This document shows, piece by piece, positions 10,184 through 19,725 of a stretch of DNA of 64,000 nucleotides (position 1 is the stretch's first letter; every line of letters starts with the position of its first letter). Under the pieces are notes generated by a model. The model saw only the letters and a list, made by a program, of their open reading frames with translations. It was not told where the DNA came from and did not search any database. Source of the DNA: Actinomycetales bacterium (GTDB lineage: Bacteria > Actinomycetota > Actinomycetes > Actinomycetales > Microbacteriaceae). The stretch spans positions 5,237 through 69,236 of the forward strand of contig JAATFB010000025.1 of assembly GCA_015655415.1 (NCBI GenBank), in the 5' to 3' direction. Position numbers and translations under genes: made by a program.

Positions 10184-11707
10184 ATGACACTGATCGCCGG
10201 CGTCGACTCGTCGACGCAGAGCTGCAAGGTCGTGATCCGCGACCTGGGGACCGGGACGCTCGTGCACTCGGGGCGTGCGGCACATCCCGACGGAACCGAG
10301 GTCGATCCAGCGGCGTGGTGGACCGCCCTCGGCGCGGCGATCGACGACGCTGGCGGCCTCGACGACGTCGCCGCCATCTCGATCGGCGGCCAGCAGCACG
10401 GCATGGTGGTGCTGGATGCCGACGGCCGCGTGATCCGTCCCGCGCTGCTCTGGAACGACACCCGCAGCGCGGCAGCCGCGGCAGCCATTGCCGAGGAGGT
10501 CGGCGCCGCTGCGTACGCGGAGCGCGCCGGATCCGTGCCGGTCGCCTCGTTCACGGCGACGAAGCTGCGCTGGCTCCGGGACGCCGAGCCCGAGAACGCT
10601 GCACGGGTTGCGGCGGTCGCCCTGCCACACGACTGGCTCACGTGGCGACTGCTCGGCTATGGCCCGGCGGACGAGTCGCCGCTGGGCCCACGCCTCGACG
10701 CCCTCGTCACCGATCGCTCGGACGCCTCGGGCACGGCATACTGGTCCCCGCGCGACGACGGCTATGACCTCGCGCTGTTCGAGCTCGCGTTCGGTCGCGC
10801 GGCACGTGAGGCGTCGGGCCTCCTCGGCGAAGACGCCGACGAGAGCCCCGGAGGGAGTCCCGACCCCTCGCCGGTCATCCTGCCGCGAGTGCTCGCGCCG
10901 GCCGCCTCCGCCGGAACGACCACAGAACAGCGCGGCACAGTCTCGACGCGGCCCGGCATCGTGGTCGGCCCCGGGGCCGGGGACAACGCGGGCGCAGCGC
11001 TCGGCCTGGGCGCGGCGTCCGGCGACGTGATCGTCTCCGTCGGCACCAGCGGAACCGTCTTCGCCGTCACCGACTCGTCCGCGCACGACGCCACCGGCGT
11101 CGTGGCGGGGTTCGCGGACGCCTCAGGCCGGTTCCTCCCGCTCGTCGCCACGCTCAACGCGGCGCGCGTTCTCGCCAGGGTGGCCGACCTTCTCGACGTG
11201 GACCTCGACGAGCTGGCCGAGCTGGCGCTCCGAGCGCCGGCGGGCTCCGATGGCGTCGTCCTCATACCCTATTTCGACGGTGAGCGAACACCGAACCTGC
11301 CGGATGCGAGGGCCAGCCTGCACGGGCTCTCGAGCGCGACGACGCGACGTGAGAACGTCGCACGCGCGGCCGTCGAGGGGATGCTGAGCGGACTCGCCGC
11401 CGGCCTCGACGCGGTGCGCGCGGTCGGCGTGCGCGAACAGCGGCTGCTGCTCATCGGCGGGGCCGCGCTCAACCCCGCCGTGCAGATCATCGCCGCGCAG
11501 GTCTTCGACGCCCCGATCGTGGTGCCCGCACCCGGCGAGTACGTCGCCGACGGGGCCGCCGCGCAGGCAGCGTGGGCGCTCACCGGCAGCCGGCCGCAGT
11601 GGCCGCTCGACGTGGCGGCGCGTCCCGTGCCCGACTTCCGCCCGGTCATCCGCGAGCAATACGCGCGGTACGCCGCAGAGGTCGCCGGCGGGTCCACCGC
11701 CCGGTAG
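10184..11707 (+). CDS. xylB: xylulokinase (FGGY)
   Basis: [44 protein letters not shown]; follows xylA; GGAGG RBS. Confidence 0.93.
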   Translation: MTLIAGVDSSTQSCKVVIRDLGTGTLVHSGRAAHPDGTEVDPAAWWTALGAAIDDAGGLDDVAAISIGGQQHGMVVLDADGRVIRPALLWNDTRSAAAAAAIAEEVGAAAYAERAGSVPVASFTATKLRWLRDAEPENAARVAAVALPHDWLTWRLLGYGPADESPLGPRLDALVTDRSDASGTAYWSPRDDGYDLALFELAFGRAAREASGLLGEDADESPGGSPDPSPVILPRVLAPAASAGTTTEQRGTVSTRPGIVVGPGAGDNAGAALGLGAASGDVIVSVGTSGTVFAVTDSSAHDATGVVAGFADASGRFLPLVATLNAARVLARVADLLDVDLDELAELALRAPAGSDGVVLIPYFDGERTPNLPDARASLHGLSSATTRRENVARAAVEGMLSGLAAGLDAVRAVGVREQRLLLIGGAALNPAVQIIAAQVFDAPIVVPAPGEYVADGAAAQAAWALTGSRPQWPLDVAARPVPDFRPVIREQYARYAAEVAGGSTAR

Positions 11708-11843
11708 CGGACCGCTCGCGCCGGGGTGCGGGCGGGGCACGGCACGAGCTCTGCGCCCCCGGGGCGCCTGCGGCCGCCGTCTCGACTCCGGCGACCCGGC
11801 GCAGGGAGCCCGCATTACCATTGCAGAAAAGGATGCGGAGTCG

Positions 11844-12596
11844 ATGATGGGCAAAGTGTCCCGGGAGAGCCGCCTCAACGCCGCGTTCGTCATGGTCGCC
11901 GACACGCTCACAGCCGACTACGACGTGGTCGACCTGCTTCACACGCTGGCGAAGGTGTGCACCGAGATCGTCTCGGCACGGGCGGGCGGCCTGATGCTGG
12001 TCGACGGCGGCGGACACCTGCAGATCGTGGCATCGACCAGTGAGAGCGCCGAAGTCGTCGAGATCCTGCAGCTCGCGGCCGGCGCCGGACCATGCCTGGA
12101 CTGCTTCGCCGCCGGTGAGCAGATCTCCGTCTCCGACCTCGCCGCATCCGGCGGGCAATGGCCGGCGTTCCGTGAGGCGGCATTGCGACAAGGCTTCCTC
12201 GCGGTCCACTGCATCCCGATGAGACTGCGCGGCGACACCATCGGCGCCATGAGCCTCTTCAGGACGTCGCTGGGGGCCCTCAGCCGCCGCGACGGGGCCG
12301 CGGCGCAGGCGCTCGCCGACGTGGCGACTATCGGGATTTTGCAGGAGCGCGTCGCCGCGCACGCGCAGCTCGTGTCGGAGCAGCTGCGGAGGGCGCTCGA
12401 GAGCAGGGTCGTCATCGAGCAGGCGAAGGGGGCCATCTCCCAGGGCAACGGCACCTCGATGGACGAGTCGTTCGCTCTCCTGCGACGTTACGCGCGCAAT
12501 CACAACCTCACCATCCGCGCCGTCGCGGCGGACGTCACGGACCGGTCGCTGAGTGTGCACGCCCTCGCAGACGCGAGCCGGTGCGCGTCCCTTTAG
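11844..12596 (+). CDS. GAF and ANTAR domain-containing protein
   Basis: GAF with LQL..GPCLDC; C-terminal ANTAR QLRRALESRVVIEQAKG..AFALLRRYARNHN. Confidence 0.9.
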   Translation: MMGKVSRESRLNAAFVMVADTLTADYDVVDLLHTLAKVCTEIVSARAGGLMLVDGGGHLQIVASTSESAEVVEILQLAAGAGPCLDCFAAGEQISVSDLAASGGQWPAFREAALRQGFLAVHCIPMRLRGDTIGAMSLFRTSLGALSRRDGAAAQALADVATIGILQERVAAHAQLVSEQLRRALESRVVIEQAKGAISQGNGTSMDESFALLRRYARNHNLTIRAVAADVTDRSLSVHALADASRCASL

Positions 12597-12944
12597 GCCG
12601 TCGCTGTCGTCAGGCGGGTCGCACCGCTCCTGGACCCCAGCGGGCGGCAGGCGTAGGCTGAACCACGTTGCTCCAGTCCTCGGCAGCGAGATTCACGCGC
12701 GAACGTCATCGCGCGGATTGCAGGAGCGACCATGACTGACACTTCAGCCGTCGGACCAGCGGGTTCGGCGGGGCGTACTATCGGCCATCGGCGTCTGCAC
12801 GGCGGGCGCCCCGTGCCGCCGCCGAGCGCGCGGCTCCTCGTGCTTTCGCCGTCATTCGGCAGGCTTCGATCGGCGAACCAAGCGGAAGCGCCCTCACGGG
12901 CACGCTTCCGCCACCATTCCTCTCTCCGAGCGAAAGGAGTCATC

Positions 12945-13124
12945 ATGACTGCAGGAGAAGGCATCAAGAAGGGCGCCGAGGGCGCCAAGAACGTCACGGA
13001 GAAGTCCGTCGACGCGGTAGGGGCGAAGGTCAACGAGATCACCACCACCGTCTCCGACGCATTGGGCACCGCGGCGGAGAAGATCCATGCTCAGGCCGGT
13101 GAAGACGCGCCACGCGACAAGTGA
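12945..13124 (+). CDS. small (59 aa) hydrophilic hypothetical protein, LEA/CsbD-like composition
   Basis: Strong RBS GAAAGGAG before ATG; high GC3; Ala/Lys/Glu/Thr-rich. Confidence 0.7.
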   Translation: MTAGEGIKKGAEGAKNVTEKSVDAVGAKVNEITTTVSDALGTAAEKIHAQAGEDAPRDK

Positions 13125-13146
13125 GCGCAGCGCCGTAGAGAACGAG

Positions 13147-13203
13147 AGCGAACGCACGGCCAGGGCGTCGACGAGTTCGTCGACGCCCTGATCGTCGTTC
13201 GCT
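13147..13203. terminator. long hairpin between convergent genes (bidirectional terminator or REP-like element)
   Basis: CAGGGCGTCGACGA-gt-TCGTCGACGCCCTG perfect 14-bp stem plus outer AGCGAACG/CGTTCGCT. Confidence 0.6.
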
Positions 13204-13276
13204 GGGATTCCTCGGCTGCGAATGCCATCGGGCTTTCCGTCGCGGCCGACTCGCCATGGCCCGGCCCGAGGGTCCT

Positions 13277-14389
13277 CTACCGGGCGGCGAGCGCCAGATC
13301 GCGTCCTGCCGCCTCCAGCCATGCCCCGGGCTCGGCCTGCGCGCGGGCGCTGGATCCGGCGAGGTCGCTCAACGAGCGGACTGCCGAGAACGGCGCCGGG
13401 TCGGCCGCGATCGCGCCGGCGATGAGAGCGACGGGCGCCTCCCGCCGGGCGGCGTACGCGAGCACCGTCGCGGGCGCCTTGCCCGAACCGGTCTGCGCGT
13501 CGTAGCGACCCTCCCCCGTGATCACGAGATCGGCACGCGCGATCGCTGCGTCGAGGCCGATCGCGTCCGCGATCGTCTCGGCGCCGGACGCGAGCTCGGC
13601 GCCCCAGACGAGCAGGCCGAAGCCCGTGCCGCCCGCGGCACCCGCGCCCGGCGTGGCCGGGTCGACGTGGAGGGCCGGGGCGAGAACCCGCGACCATGCG
13701 GCGAGTGCGCCGTCGAGCATCACGCGTTGAGCGGCGCTCGCACCCTTCTGCTCGCCGAAGACCTGGGCGGCGCCGGTCGGCCCCAGCAGCGGGTTCGTCA
13801 CGTCGCTGAGCACGACGGCTCCCGCTGCGGGCGGCTCGCGGAGCCCGGAGAGGTCGGCCTCGGCGAGGTCGCGCAGTGCCGCTCCGCCGAGCGCGACGGG
13901 CTCCCCGCGCGCATCCAGCAGCCGCGCCCCGAGCGCGGTGAGGGCGCCGGCCCCGCCGTCGGTGGATGCGCTTCCTCCGATTCCCAGCAGCAGCCGGGAG
14001 ACGCCGTGGTCCAGGGCGTCCGCGATCGCCTGACCGAAGCCCAGCGTGTGCGCCCGCAGGGGATCGAGCCGTGCCATCATCGGAAGGCCGCTCGTCTCGG
14101 CCAGTTCGACGACGCCCGTTCCGCCGGGCAGCCCTTCGGCGGGCGGAAGCAGCACCCAGGATGCCCGCGCCGCTCTTCCGTCCGGACCGGTCACGGTCAC
14201 GGTCATCCGGCGCGCCCCGGGCACGGCGAGCTCGAAGGCGTCGAGCGTGCCCTCCCCGCCGTCTGCCATGGGCAGCTCGGTCACCTCGTCGCCGGGTCGC
14301 ACGGTGCGCCATCCGGCCGCGATGGCCTTCGCGACCTGCACCGCGGACGCGGTTCCCTTGAACGAGTCGGGAGCGATGACGATCCGCAT
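13277..14389 (-). CDS. glxK: glycerate kinase (GlxK/GarK family)
   Basis: MRIVIAPDSFKG, PMADGGEGT, GIGGSASTDGG, DVTNPLLG, GAGAAGG, ITGEG. Confidence 0.9.
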   Translation of the reverse strand: MRIVIAPDSFKGTASAVQVAKAIAAGWRTVRPGDEVTELPMADGGEGTLDAFELAVPGARRMTVTVTGPDGRAARASWVLLPPAEGLPGGTGVVELAETSGLPMMARLDPLRAHTLGFGQAIADALDHGVSRLLLGIGGSASTDGGAGALTALGARLLDARGEPVALGGAALRDLAEADLSGLREPPAAGAVVLSDVTNPLLGPTGAAQVFGEQKGASAAQRVMLDGALAAWSRVLAPALHVDPATPGAGAAGGTGFGLLVWGAELASGAETIADAIGLDAAIARADLVITGEGRYDAQTGSGKAPATVLAYAARREAPVALIAGAIAADPAPFSAVRSLSDLAGSSARAQAEPGAWLEAAGRDLALAAR

Positions 14390-14451
14390 GGGTCCACTCT
14401 TCCGTACTCCGTCCCGTGGTGCCCCGCTTCGGCGAGGCGACGGGCGCGTGC

Positions 14452-15309
14452 TCAGAAGTGCGGGGCGACGACGCGCGAGAACGCCGCGGACGCCGCCGCC
14501 GCGACGTCCCCGAACGGCCGGGCCCAGACCTCCGCGTTGAAGATCTCGCATTCGATGTCTCCGGAATACCCGGCATCCGCCACAGCGCGCGTCATCGGCC
14601 CGAAGTCGATGTGACCTGCGCCAGGCAGGCCACGACCGAGCAGCACATCCGCAGGCAGCGGCGTGACCCAGTCGCACACCTGGTATGCGGCAATGCGGCC
14701 GAGCGAGCCGGCGCGTGCGATCTGGGCGAGGACGTCCGGGTCCCACCAGAGGTGGTAGGTGTCGACGACGACACCTACGGCCGGTCCGGCCTCGACCGCC
14801 AGGTCGATCGCCTGCGCGAGAGTGGAGACCACGGCCCGGTCGGCGGCGAACATCGGATGCAGCGGCTCCACCGCCAGCGTGACGCCGGCAGACGCCGCGT
14901 CCGGCTCCAGCGCGCCCAGCGCGTCTCTCACGCGCTCGCGGGCGCCTCCGAGATCTCGCGAGCCCCGCGGCAGGCCTCCCGCGACGAGCACGAGCACCGC
15001 CGCGGATCCCTTCGCGCCCGCCGCCGCGAGCGCCGCCGTCTCGTCGATGGCCCTGCGGTTGTCCTCCAGCGCGGCCGCACGTTCCGGGCCCTCCGGCAGG
15101 GAGAAGAATCCGCCGCGGCACACGCTGGAGACGCGCAGGCCGGAGTCGGCGATCAGGCGCGTGGCGGCATCCAGGCCGACCTCCGCGACCGGCTCGCGCC
15201 AGACTCCGACGCTCGGGATCTCCGCCGCGCGGGCCGCCTCGATCGCCTCGGCGAGCGAGGCTCGCTTGATCGTGGCCTGGTTGAGGGAGAACCGCGGATG
15301 CGCGCTCAC
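14452..15309 (-). CDS. sugar phosphate isomerase/epimerase (xylose-isomerase-like TIM barrel)
   Basis: SLNQAT, SSVCRGGFF, LAVEPLHPM, VDTYHLWWD, QVCDW, EIFN. Confidence 0.88.
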   Translation of the reverse strand: MSAHPRFSLNQATIKRASLAEAIEAARAAEIPSVGVWREPVAEVGLDAATRLIADSGLRVSSVCRGGFFSLPEGPERAAALEDNRRAIDETAALAAAGAKGSAAVLVLVAGGLPRGSRDLGGARERVRDALGALEPDAASAGVTLAVEPLHPMFAADRAVVSTLAQAIDLAVEAGPAVGVVVDTYHLWWDPDVLAQIARAGSLGRIAAYQVCDWVTPLPADVLLGRGLPGAGHIDFGPMTRAVADAGYSGDIECEIFNAEVWARPFGDVAAAASAAFSRVVAPHF

Positions 15310-16592
15310 GCGAGGGCACCGTTCGGATCGCTGTCGGTGGTGGCGAGAGGCCTCGGCCCCTTGGCGGCCGAGCTCTGGGGGATCGGTCCTACGATGCCGT
15401 TCAGCGCGAGGAGCCCGTTCCATCTGGCCGCCGCCAGCTCGGGGCGCTCGAGGGCGCCGCAGGCGTTCGCGAGCCGCACGACCTCGGACAGGTGCGGCAG
15501 GCTGCGCGCGGCGTGCAGCCCGCCCACCATGGTGAAGGACTCCTGATGACCGTTCAGCCAGCTGAGGAACGCGACGCCCGTCTTGTAGTAGAAGGTCGGC
15601 GGCGCGAACACCTGTCGGCTCAGCGCCTCGGTGGGGCGCAGGATGCGCTCATATGCGTCGCGGTCTCCGTCGTCCAGCGCACGGAGACCGCGCGAGGCCA
15701 CCGGTGTGATGGCGGCGAACGCGCCGAGCAGTGCGTTGGAGTAGTGTCCTGGCGCATCGACCTGCCTGCCGTCGTCGCCGGCGACCTTCGTGCCGTCCCC
15801 CGCGATCAGGTCGACGTAGTTGAAGTCGTCGCCGGTGAACATCGCGGTGGTCCTAGGGAGCCGCGCACGCACGGCGATCTCGGCGTCGGCATCCAGAAGG
15901 CTCATCTTGACGCCCGCCACGGCGTCCGAGTTCGCCTCGATGATGCGGATGAGCGTGTCGGCGGCCGCCCCGGCGTCGCCACCGCGGCCGGAGAAGTATC
16001 CCCGCAGCGCCGGGTCGAACGCCTCGCCCAGCCAGTGCAGGATGACCGGTCGGCCGGCACGGGCGAGCACGGCGCCGTACACGCGCTCGTAGTCCGCGGG
16101 CGACTCCGCGGCACGTGCGAGGTGGCGGGAGGCCATCAGCACGACGCCGGCGCCGGCGTCCTCGGTGAGCTCCAGCTGATGCAGGTAGGCGTCCACGACT
16201 CCCTCGAGGGAGATGACGTCGTCGTCGACGTGGTCGGTGTTCACGCCGGCGACGAGCGCACCCCCGACGGACGCCGCCTCCCGCGCGCTGCGCGAGATGA
16301 GCTCCCGGGTCGTCGCGGCGTCGAGCCCCATGTTGCGCTGGGCCGTGTCCATGGCGTCGGCGACCCCGAGCCCGTACGACCAGACATGGTGCCGGAACGC
16401 CAGGGTCGCGTCCCAGTCCAGGTCGGCGGGTGCGCCCGGCACGTTCTCCGCGTACGGCTTCGGGATGACGTGCGCGGCCGCGTAGGCCGTCCGCGCCCGG
16501 GGCGGCGCACCGGGCTTCAGCACGGGGTCGCGTTCGATGAGCCGGTCGGAGCCCACCGTGCCGTCGGCCGACACGAGCAGCAGGTCCGTCAT
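15306..16592 (-). CDS. DUF993 family (DHDPS-like) protein
   Basis: AYAAAHV, DWDATLAFR, GVADAMDTAQR, LHWLGEAFDP, KMSLLD, TGDDFNY, PTFYYKTG. Confidence 0.85.
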   Translation of the reverse strand: MTDLLLVSADGTVGSDRLIERDPVLKPGAPPRARTAYAAAHVIPKPYAENVPGAPADLDWDATLAFRHHVWSYGLGVADAMDTAQRNMGLDAATTRELISRSAREAASVGGALVAGVNTDHVDDDVISLEGVVDAYLHQLELTEDAGAGVVLMASRHLARAAESPADYERVYGAVLARAGRPVILHWLGEAFDPALRGYFSGRGGDAGAAADTLIRIIEANSDAVAGVKMSLLDADAEIAVRARLPRTTAMFTGDDFNYVDLIAGDGTKVAGDDGRQVDAPGHYSNALLGAFAAITPVASRGLRALDDGDRDAYERILRPTEALSRQVFAPPTFYYKTGVAFLSWLNGHQESFTMVGGLHAARSLPHLSEVVRLANACGALERPELAAARWNGLLALNGIVGPIPQSSAAKGPRPLATTDSDPNGALA

Positions 16593-17788
16593 CGTGGGTC
16601 ACCTCCGGAGCGAGAGGCCGCATGCTCGTGCAGCGTGTCGAGCGTGACGGGAGGCACCTCGACGCGCGACCCGGAGCGGTCGCTCTCCATTCCCTTCTCG
16701 GCCAGCAGCACGCCCCGGGCGCCGGAGAGGAGGTCGTACGGGAACGGGGCATCCTCCACGACGTGACGGATGAACTCCTCCCACTGCGCCTTGAATCCGT
16801 TCTCGAACGCATCGACCTCGGGGACCTCATGCCAGTCCGCGGCGTAGTCGTGCGTGTCGGGGACATCGGGATTCCAGGTGGGGCGCGGGGTCAGGGTGCG
16901 TGGCTGGATCCTGCAGCCGAACAGCCCGACCACAGCGCTGCCGAGCGTGCCGTCGACCTGGAACTCCACGAGCTCGTCACGGTTCACCCTGGTCGTCCAG
17001 CTCGAGTTGATCTGCGCCGTGACGCCTCCGGCCAGGTCGAAGACGGCGTATGCCGCGTCGTCGGCCGTGGCACGGTACCGGCGCCCTTGTTCGTCCACCC
17101 GCTCCGGGATCTCGGTCACGGCACGTGCGTAGACGGACTCCACACGGCCGAACAGGTACTCCAGCACGTAGCTCCAGTGCGGGAACATGTCGATGATGAT
17201 GCCTCCGCCGTCGGCGGCGCGGTAGTTCCAGCTGGGCCGCTGCGCCGGGGTCCAGTCGCCCTCGAACACCCAGTAGCCGAACTCGCCTCGCACCGAGAGG
17301 ATGCGGCCGAAGAAGCCGGAGTCGATGAGCCGGCGCAGCTTGCGCAGCCCGGGCAGGTACAGCTTGTCGTGCACGACGCCGTTCTTCACGCCGGCGGCCT
17401 CGGCGAGGCGTGCCAGCTCCAGCGCCTCCTCGAACGTCTCCGCAGTCGGCTTCTCGGTGTAGATCGCCTTGCCCGCGGCGATGGCCCGGCGCAGGGCGGA
17501 TGCCCGCGCCTTCGTCACCAGGAAGTCCGCGTATACCTGCCACCGGTCGTCCGCCAGCGCCGCGTCGAGGTCGGTCGTGTAGTGCTGGAGCCCGTGGCGC
17601 TCCGCCAGTTCCGCGAGCTTGGTCTCGTCGCGGCCGACGAGCAGAGGCTCCACCTGCACGCGAGTGCCGTCGGAGAGCGCGACGCCGCCCTGCTCCTGGA
17701 TGGCGAGGACGGAACGCACGAGGTGCTGTCGGTAGCCCATGCTCCCGGAGACGCCGTTCATGATGATGCCGATGGTCGACTCTGACAC
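16589..17788 (-). CDS. Gfo/Idh/MocA family oxidoreductase
   Basis: IIMNGVSGSMG, YTEKP, DKLYLPG, RGEFGYWVFEG, RPSWNYR, DMFPHW. Confidence 0.9.
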   Translation of the reverse strand: MSESTIGIIMNGVSGSMGYRQHLVRSVLAIQEQGGVALSDGTRVQVEPLLVGRDETKLAELAERHGLQHYTTDLDAALADDRWQVYADFLVTKARASALRRAIAAGKAIYTEKPTAETFEEALELARLAEAAGVKNGVVHDKLYLPGLRKLRRLIDSGFFGRILSVRGEFGYWVFEGDWTPAQRPSWNYRAADGGGIIIDMFPHWSYVLEYLFGRVESVYARAVTEIPERVDEQGRRYRATADDAAYAVFDLAGGVTAQINSSWTTRVNRDELVEFQVDGTLGSAVVGLFGCRIQPRTLTPRPTWNPDVPDTHDYAADWHEVPEVDAFENGFKAQWEEFIRHVVEDAPFPYDLLSGARGVLLAEKGMESDRSGSRVEVPPVTLDTLHEHAASRSGGDPR

Positions 17789-17846
17789 GTGGTTCTCTTT
17801 CGGTCGGTGGGGGGCTCGTCCTCGTCACCGGGAGAGATCACCGGTG

Positions 17847-17860
17847 GGAAAGCGCTTGCC
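17847..17860. promoter_or_regulatory. LacI-family operator GGAAAGCGCTTGCC
   Basis: Upstream of the Gfo-DUF993 operon, just downstream of a minus-strand TAGCCT -10-like box; near-identical copy at 19650. Confidence 0.7.
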
Positions 17861-17959
17861 GGGAGGCTAGCAGAGCCACTGGGGCCCGGCAACCATGAGC
17901 GCCCGTCCGGGCCAAGGCCCGCTCCGTTCGGGGTCCGGCCGGTACGGTTCCGGGTCCAC

Positions 17960-18070
17960 CCGCCCGGCTCGGACCCACCAGGTTCCGACCCGCCCGGTTC
18001 CGACCTGCCCGGTTCCGACCCACCCGCCCGGTTCGGGCCCACCCGGTTCGAATCCACCCCCCGGTTCCGA
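17960..18070. repeat. degenerate 15-bp tandem repeat (CCGCCCGGTTCCGAC)n
   Basis: Four clear units at 17960-18019 followed by degenerate units; intergenic. Confidence 0.8.
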
Positions 18071-18082
18071 GCCACCCCCGTA

Positions 18083-18151
18083 CCGTTCCAGAGGACATAC
18101 GACGACTCGAACGCCGATGGCGTTCGAGTGCCGCCATGTCCTTCGGAACGG
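18083..18151. repeat. REP-like imperfect inverted repeat
   Basis: CCGTTCC..AGGACAT..ACTCGAACGCC-gat-GGCGTTCGAGT..ATGTCCT..GGAACGG; followed by 2x CGGAACGACCACAAC (18164, 18181). Confidence 0.7.
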
Positions 18152-18234
18152 GCGGGACAAGGCCGGAACGACCACAACCACGGAACGACCACAACACCGA
18201 AACGGGCAGGGCAGCACCCGAAACGGGGCCGAGG

Positions 18235-19515
18235 TCAGCCGCCGCCCGACGCGGCAACGGCATCCGGCTCCTCCGCGTGGAAATCCACCGCCTTCGCCTG
18301 CCTGCCGAACGCAGTGAGCAGGATGACGGCGACCGCGGCACCCGCCACGGTGATCGCCATCGCCCACGGGTAGCCGATGTGGGTGGCCAGCGACTGCTGG
18401 ATGGGCAGGTTGAACGCCGCGATCACGTTGCCCAGCTGGTAGGTGACACCGGGGTAGAACCCGCGGATGGCATTCGGCGACATCTCGTTGAGATGCGCGG
18501 GGATCGCGCCCCAGGCGCCCTGCGTCGTGAACTGGATGAGCGCCGAGCCGAGGCAGAGCAGGCCCGCCGTGTGCGAGAACGCGAAGATCGGGATGAGCGG
18601 CAGCGTCAGCACCGCGCCGAGGATGATCGTCGCCTTGCGCCCCCAGCGATCCGAGAGCGATCCCAGGACGATGCAGCCCACGATCGCGCCGACGTTGTAG
18701 ACCACGGCGATCCACCCTGCGGCCGCGGCGTCGAGGCCGGCACCGCCCTGATCCGTCGCCTTCAGGAAGGTGGGATAGATGTCCTGCGTGCCGTGGGACA
18801 TCCAGTTGAACGCGGCCATCAGCAGCACCAGGTAGACGAAGCGCCGCAGCACCTTGCCGTTGAAGAACACCGCCCGGATGGACGTGTCCTTCGCCTGCAT
18901 TCGCTCGCGCGTGCTCTCCCAGACCTCCGACTCCTTCACCCGCGTTCGGATGATGAGGCTGATCAACGCCGGAACGATGCTCAACACGAACAGCCAGCGC
19001 CAGTTGAGGCCCAGCGCCGAGTGCACCAGAAGGAAGGCGAGCGCGGCGAGCAGATATCCCGCCGAGTAGCCGGCCTGAAGGATTCCCGAGAAGAATCCGC
19101 GACGCTCGCGCGGCACCTTCTCCATGGTCAGCGCGGCGCCGAGGCCCCACTCACCGCCCATGCCGATGCCGTACAGCAGCCGCAGGACGAACAGCACCGT
19201 GAAGTTCGGCGCGAACGCGCACAGGAACCCGACGAACGAGTAGAAGCACACGTCGACGATCAGCGGGATGCGCCGCCCCACCCGGTCCGCCCACAGACCG
19301 AACAGGTACGCACCGACCGGCCGCATGACGAGCGTGATCGTGGTGAGGAACGCGATCTGCTCCAAGGACACGTGGAACTCGGCCGCGATGTCCGCATACA
19401 CGAGCACGACGACGAAGTAGTCGAAGGCATCCATCATCCAGCCCAGCAGCGACGCCGCGAACGCGCTGCGCTGGTCGGACGACAGCCGTCTGGTGGGTGT
19501 GGGTGCCGTCGTCAT
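18235..19515 (-). CDS. MFS transporter, SHS (NanT/Jen1-like carboxylate:H+ symporter) family
   Basis: LGWMMDAFD, RPVGAYLFGLWADRVGRR, GIGMGGEW, FNWMSHGTQDIYPTFL, GAWGAIPAHLNE. Confidence 0.88.
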   Translation of the reverse strand: MTTAPTPTRRLSSDQRSAFAASLLGWMMDAFDYFVVVLVYADIAAEFHVSLEQIAFLTTITLVMRPVGAYLFGLWADRVGRRIPLIVDVCFYSFVGFLCAFAPNFTVLFVLRLLYGIGMGGEWGLGAALTMEKVPRERRGFFSGILQAGYSAGYLLAALAFLLVHSALGLNWRWLFVLSIVPALISLIIRTRVKESEVWESTRERMQAKDTSIRAVFFNGKVLRRFVYLVLLMAAFNWMSHGTQDIYPTFLKATDQGGAGLDAAAAGWIAVVYNVGAIVGCIVLGSLSDRWGRKATIILGAVLTLPLIPIFAFSHTAGLLCLGSALIQFTTQGAWGAIPAHLNEMSPNAIRGFYPGVTYQLGNVIAAFNLPIQQSLATHIGYPWAMAITVAGAAVAVILLTAFGRQAKAVDFHAEEPDAVAASGGG

Positions 19516-19649
19516 GCCGATCCCTCCCGTCCGGGTCTGCCGCCCGGCTCGTGTCATCGCCTCTGATGAGCGCAACCCGCGGATGCCCGGCATCGACGTC
19601 GATGCCGACCACCCGAGTCCCGACCGTTCGCGTCACCGTGCGAGGGGTG

Positions 19650-19663
19650 GGAAAGCGGTTGCC
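19650..19663. promoter_or_regulatory. LacI-family operator GGAAAGCGGTTGCC
   Basis: 13/14 identical to the site at 17847; between the divergent MFS and ThuA genes. Confidence 0.68.
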
Positions 19664-19725
19664 GAACTAGCATAGGCTGACTCGTGCGCGACGCAAGCAG
19701 GTTGGCAGACGGATCCGGGGGCACC

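Noticed and set aside
17960-18195. Possible CRISPR array
   Set aside because: Repeats are contiguous and degenerate, with no unique spacers and no cas genes.
17758-18373. ORFs with PPGSD / GSEPG repeats
   Set aside because: Translations of the 15-bp intergenic tandem repeat; no RBS and no domain.
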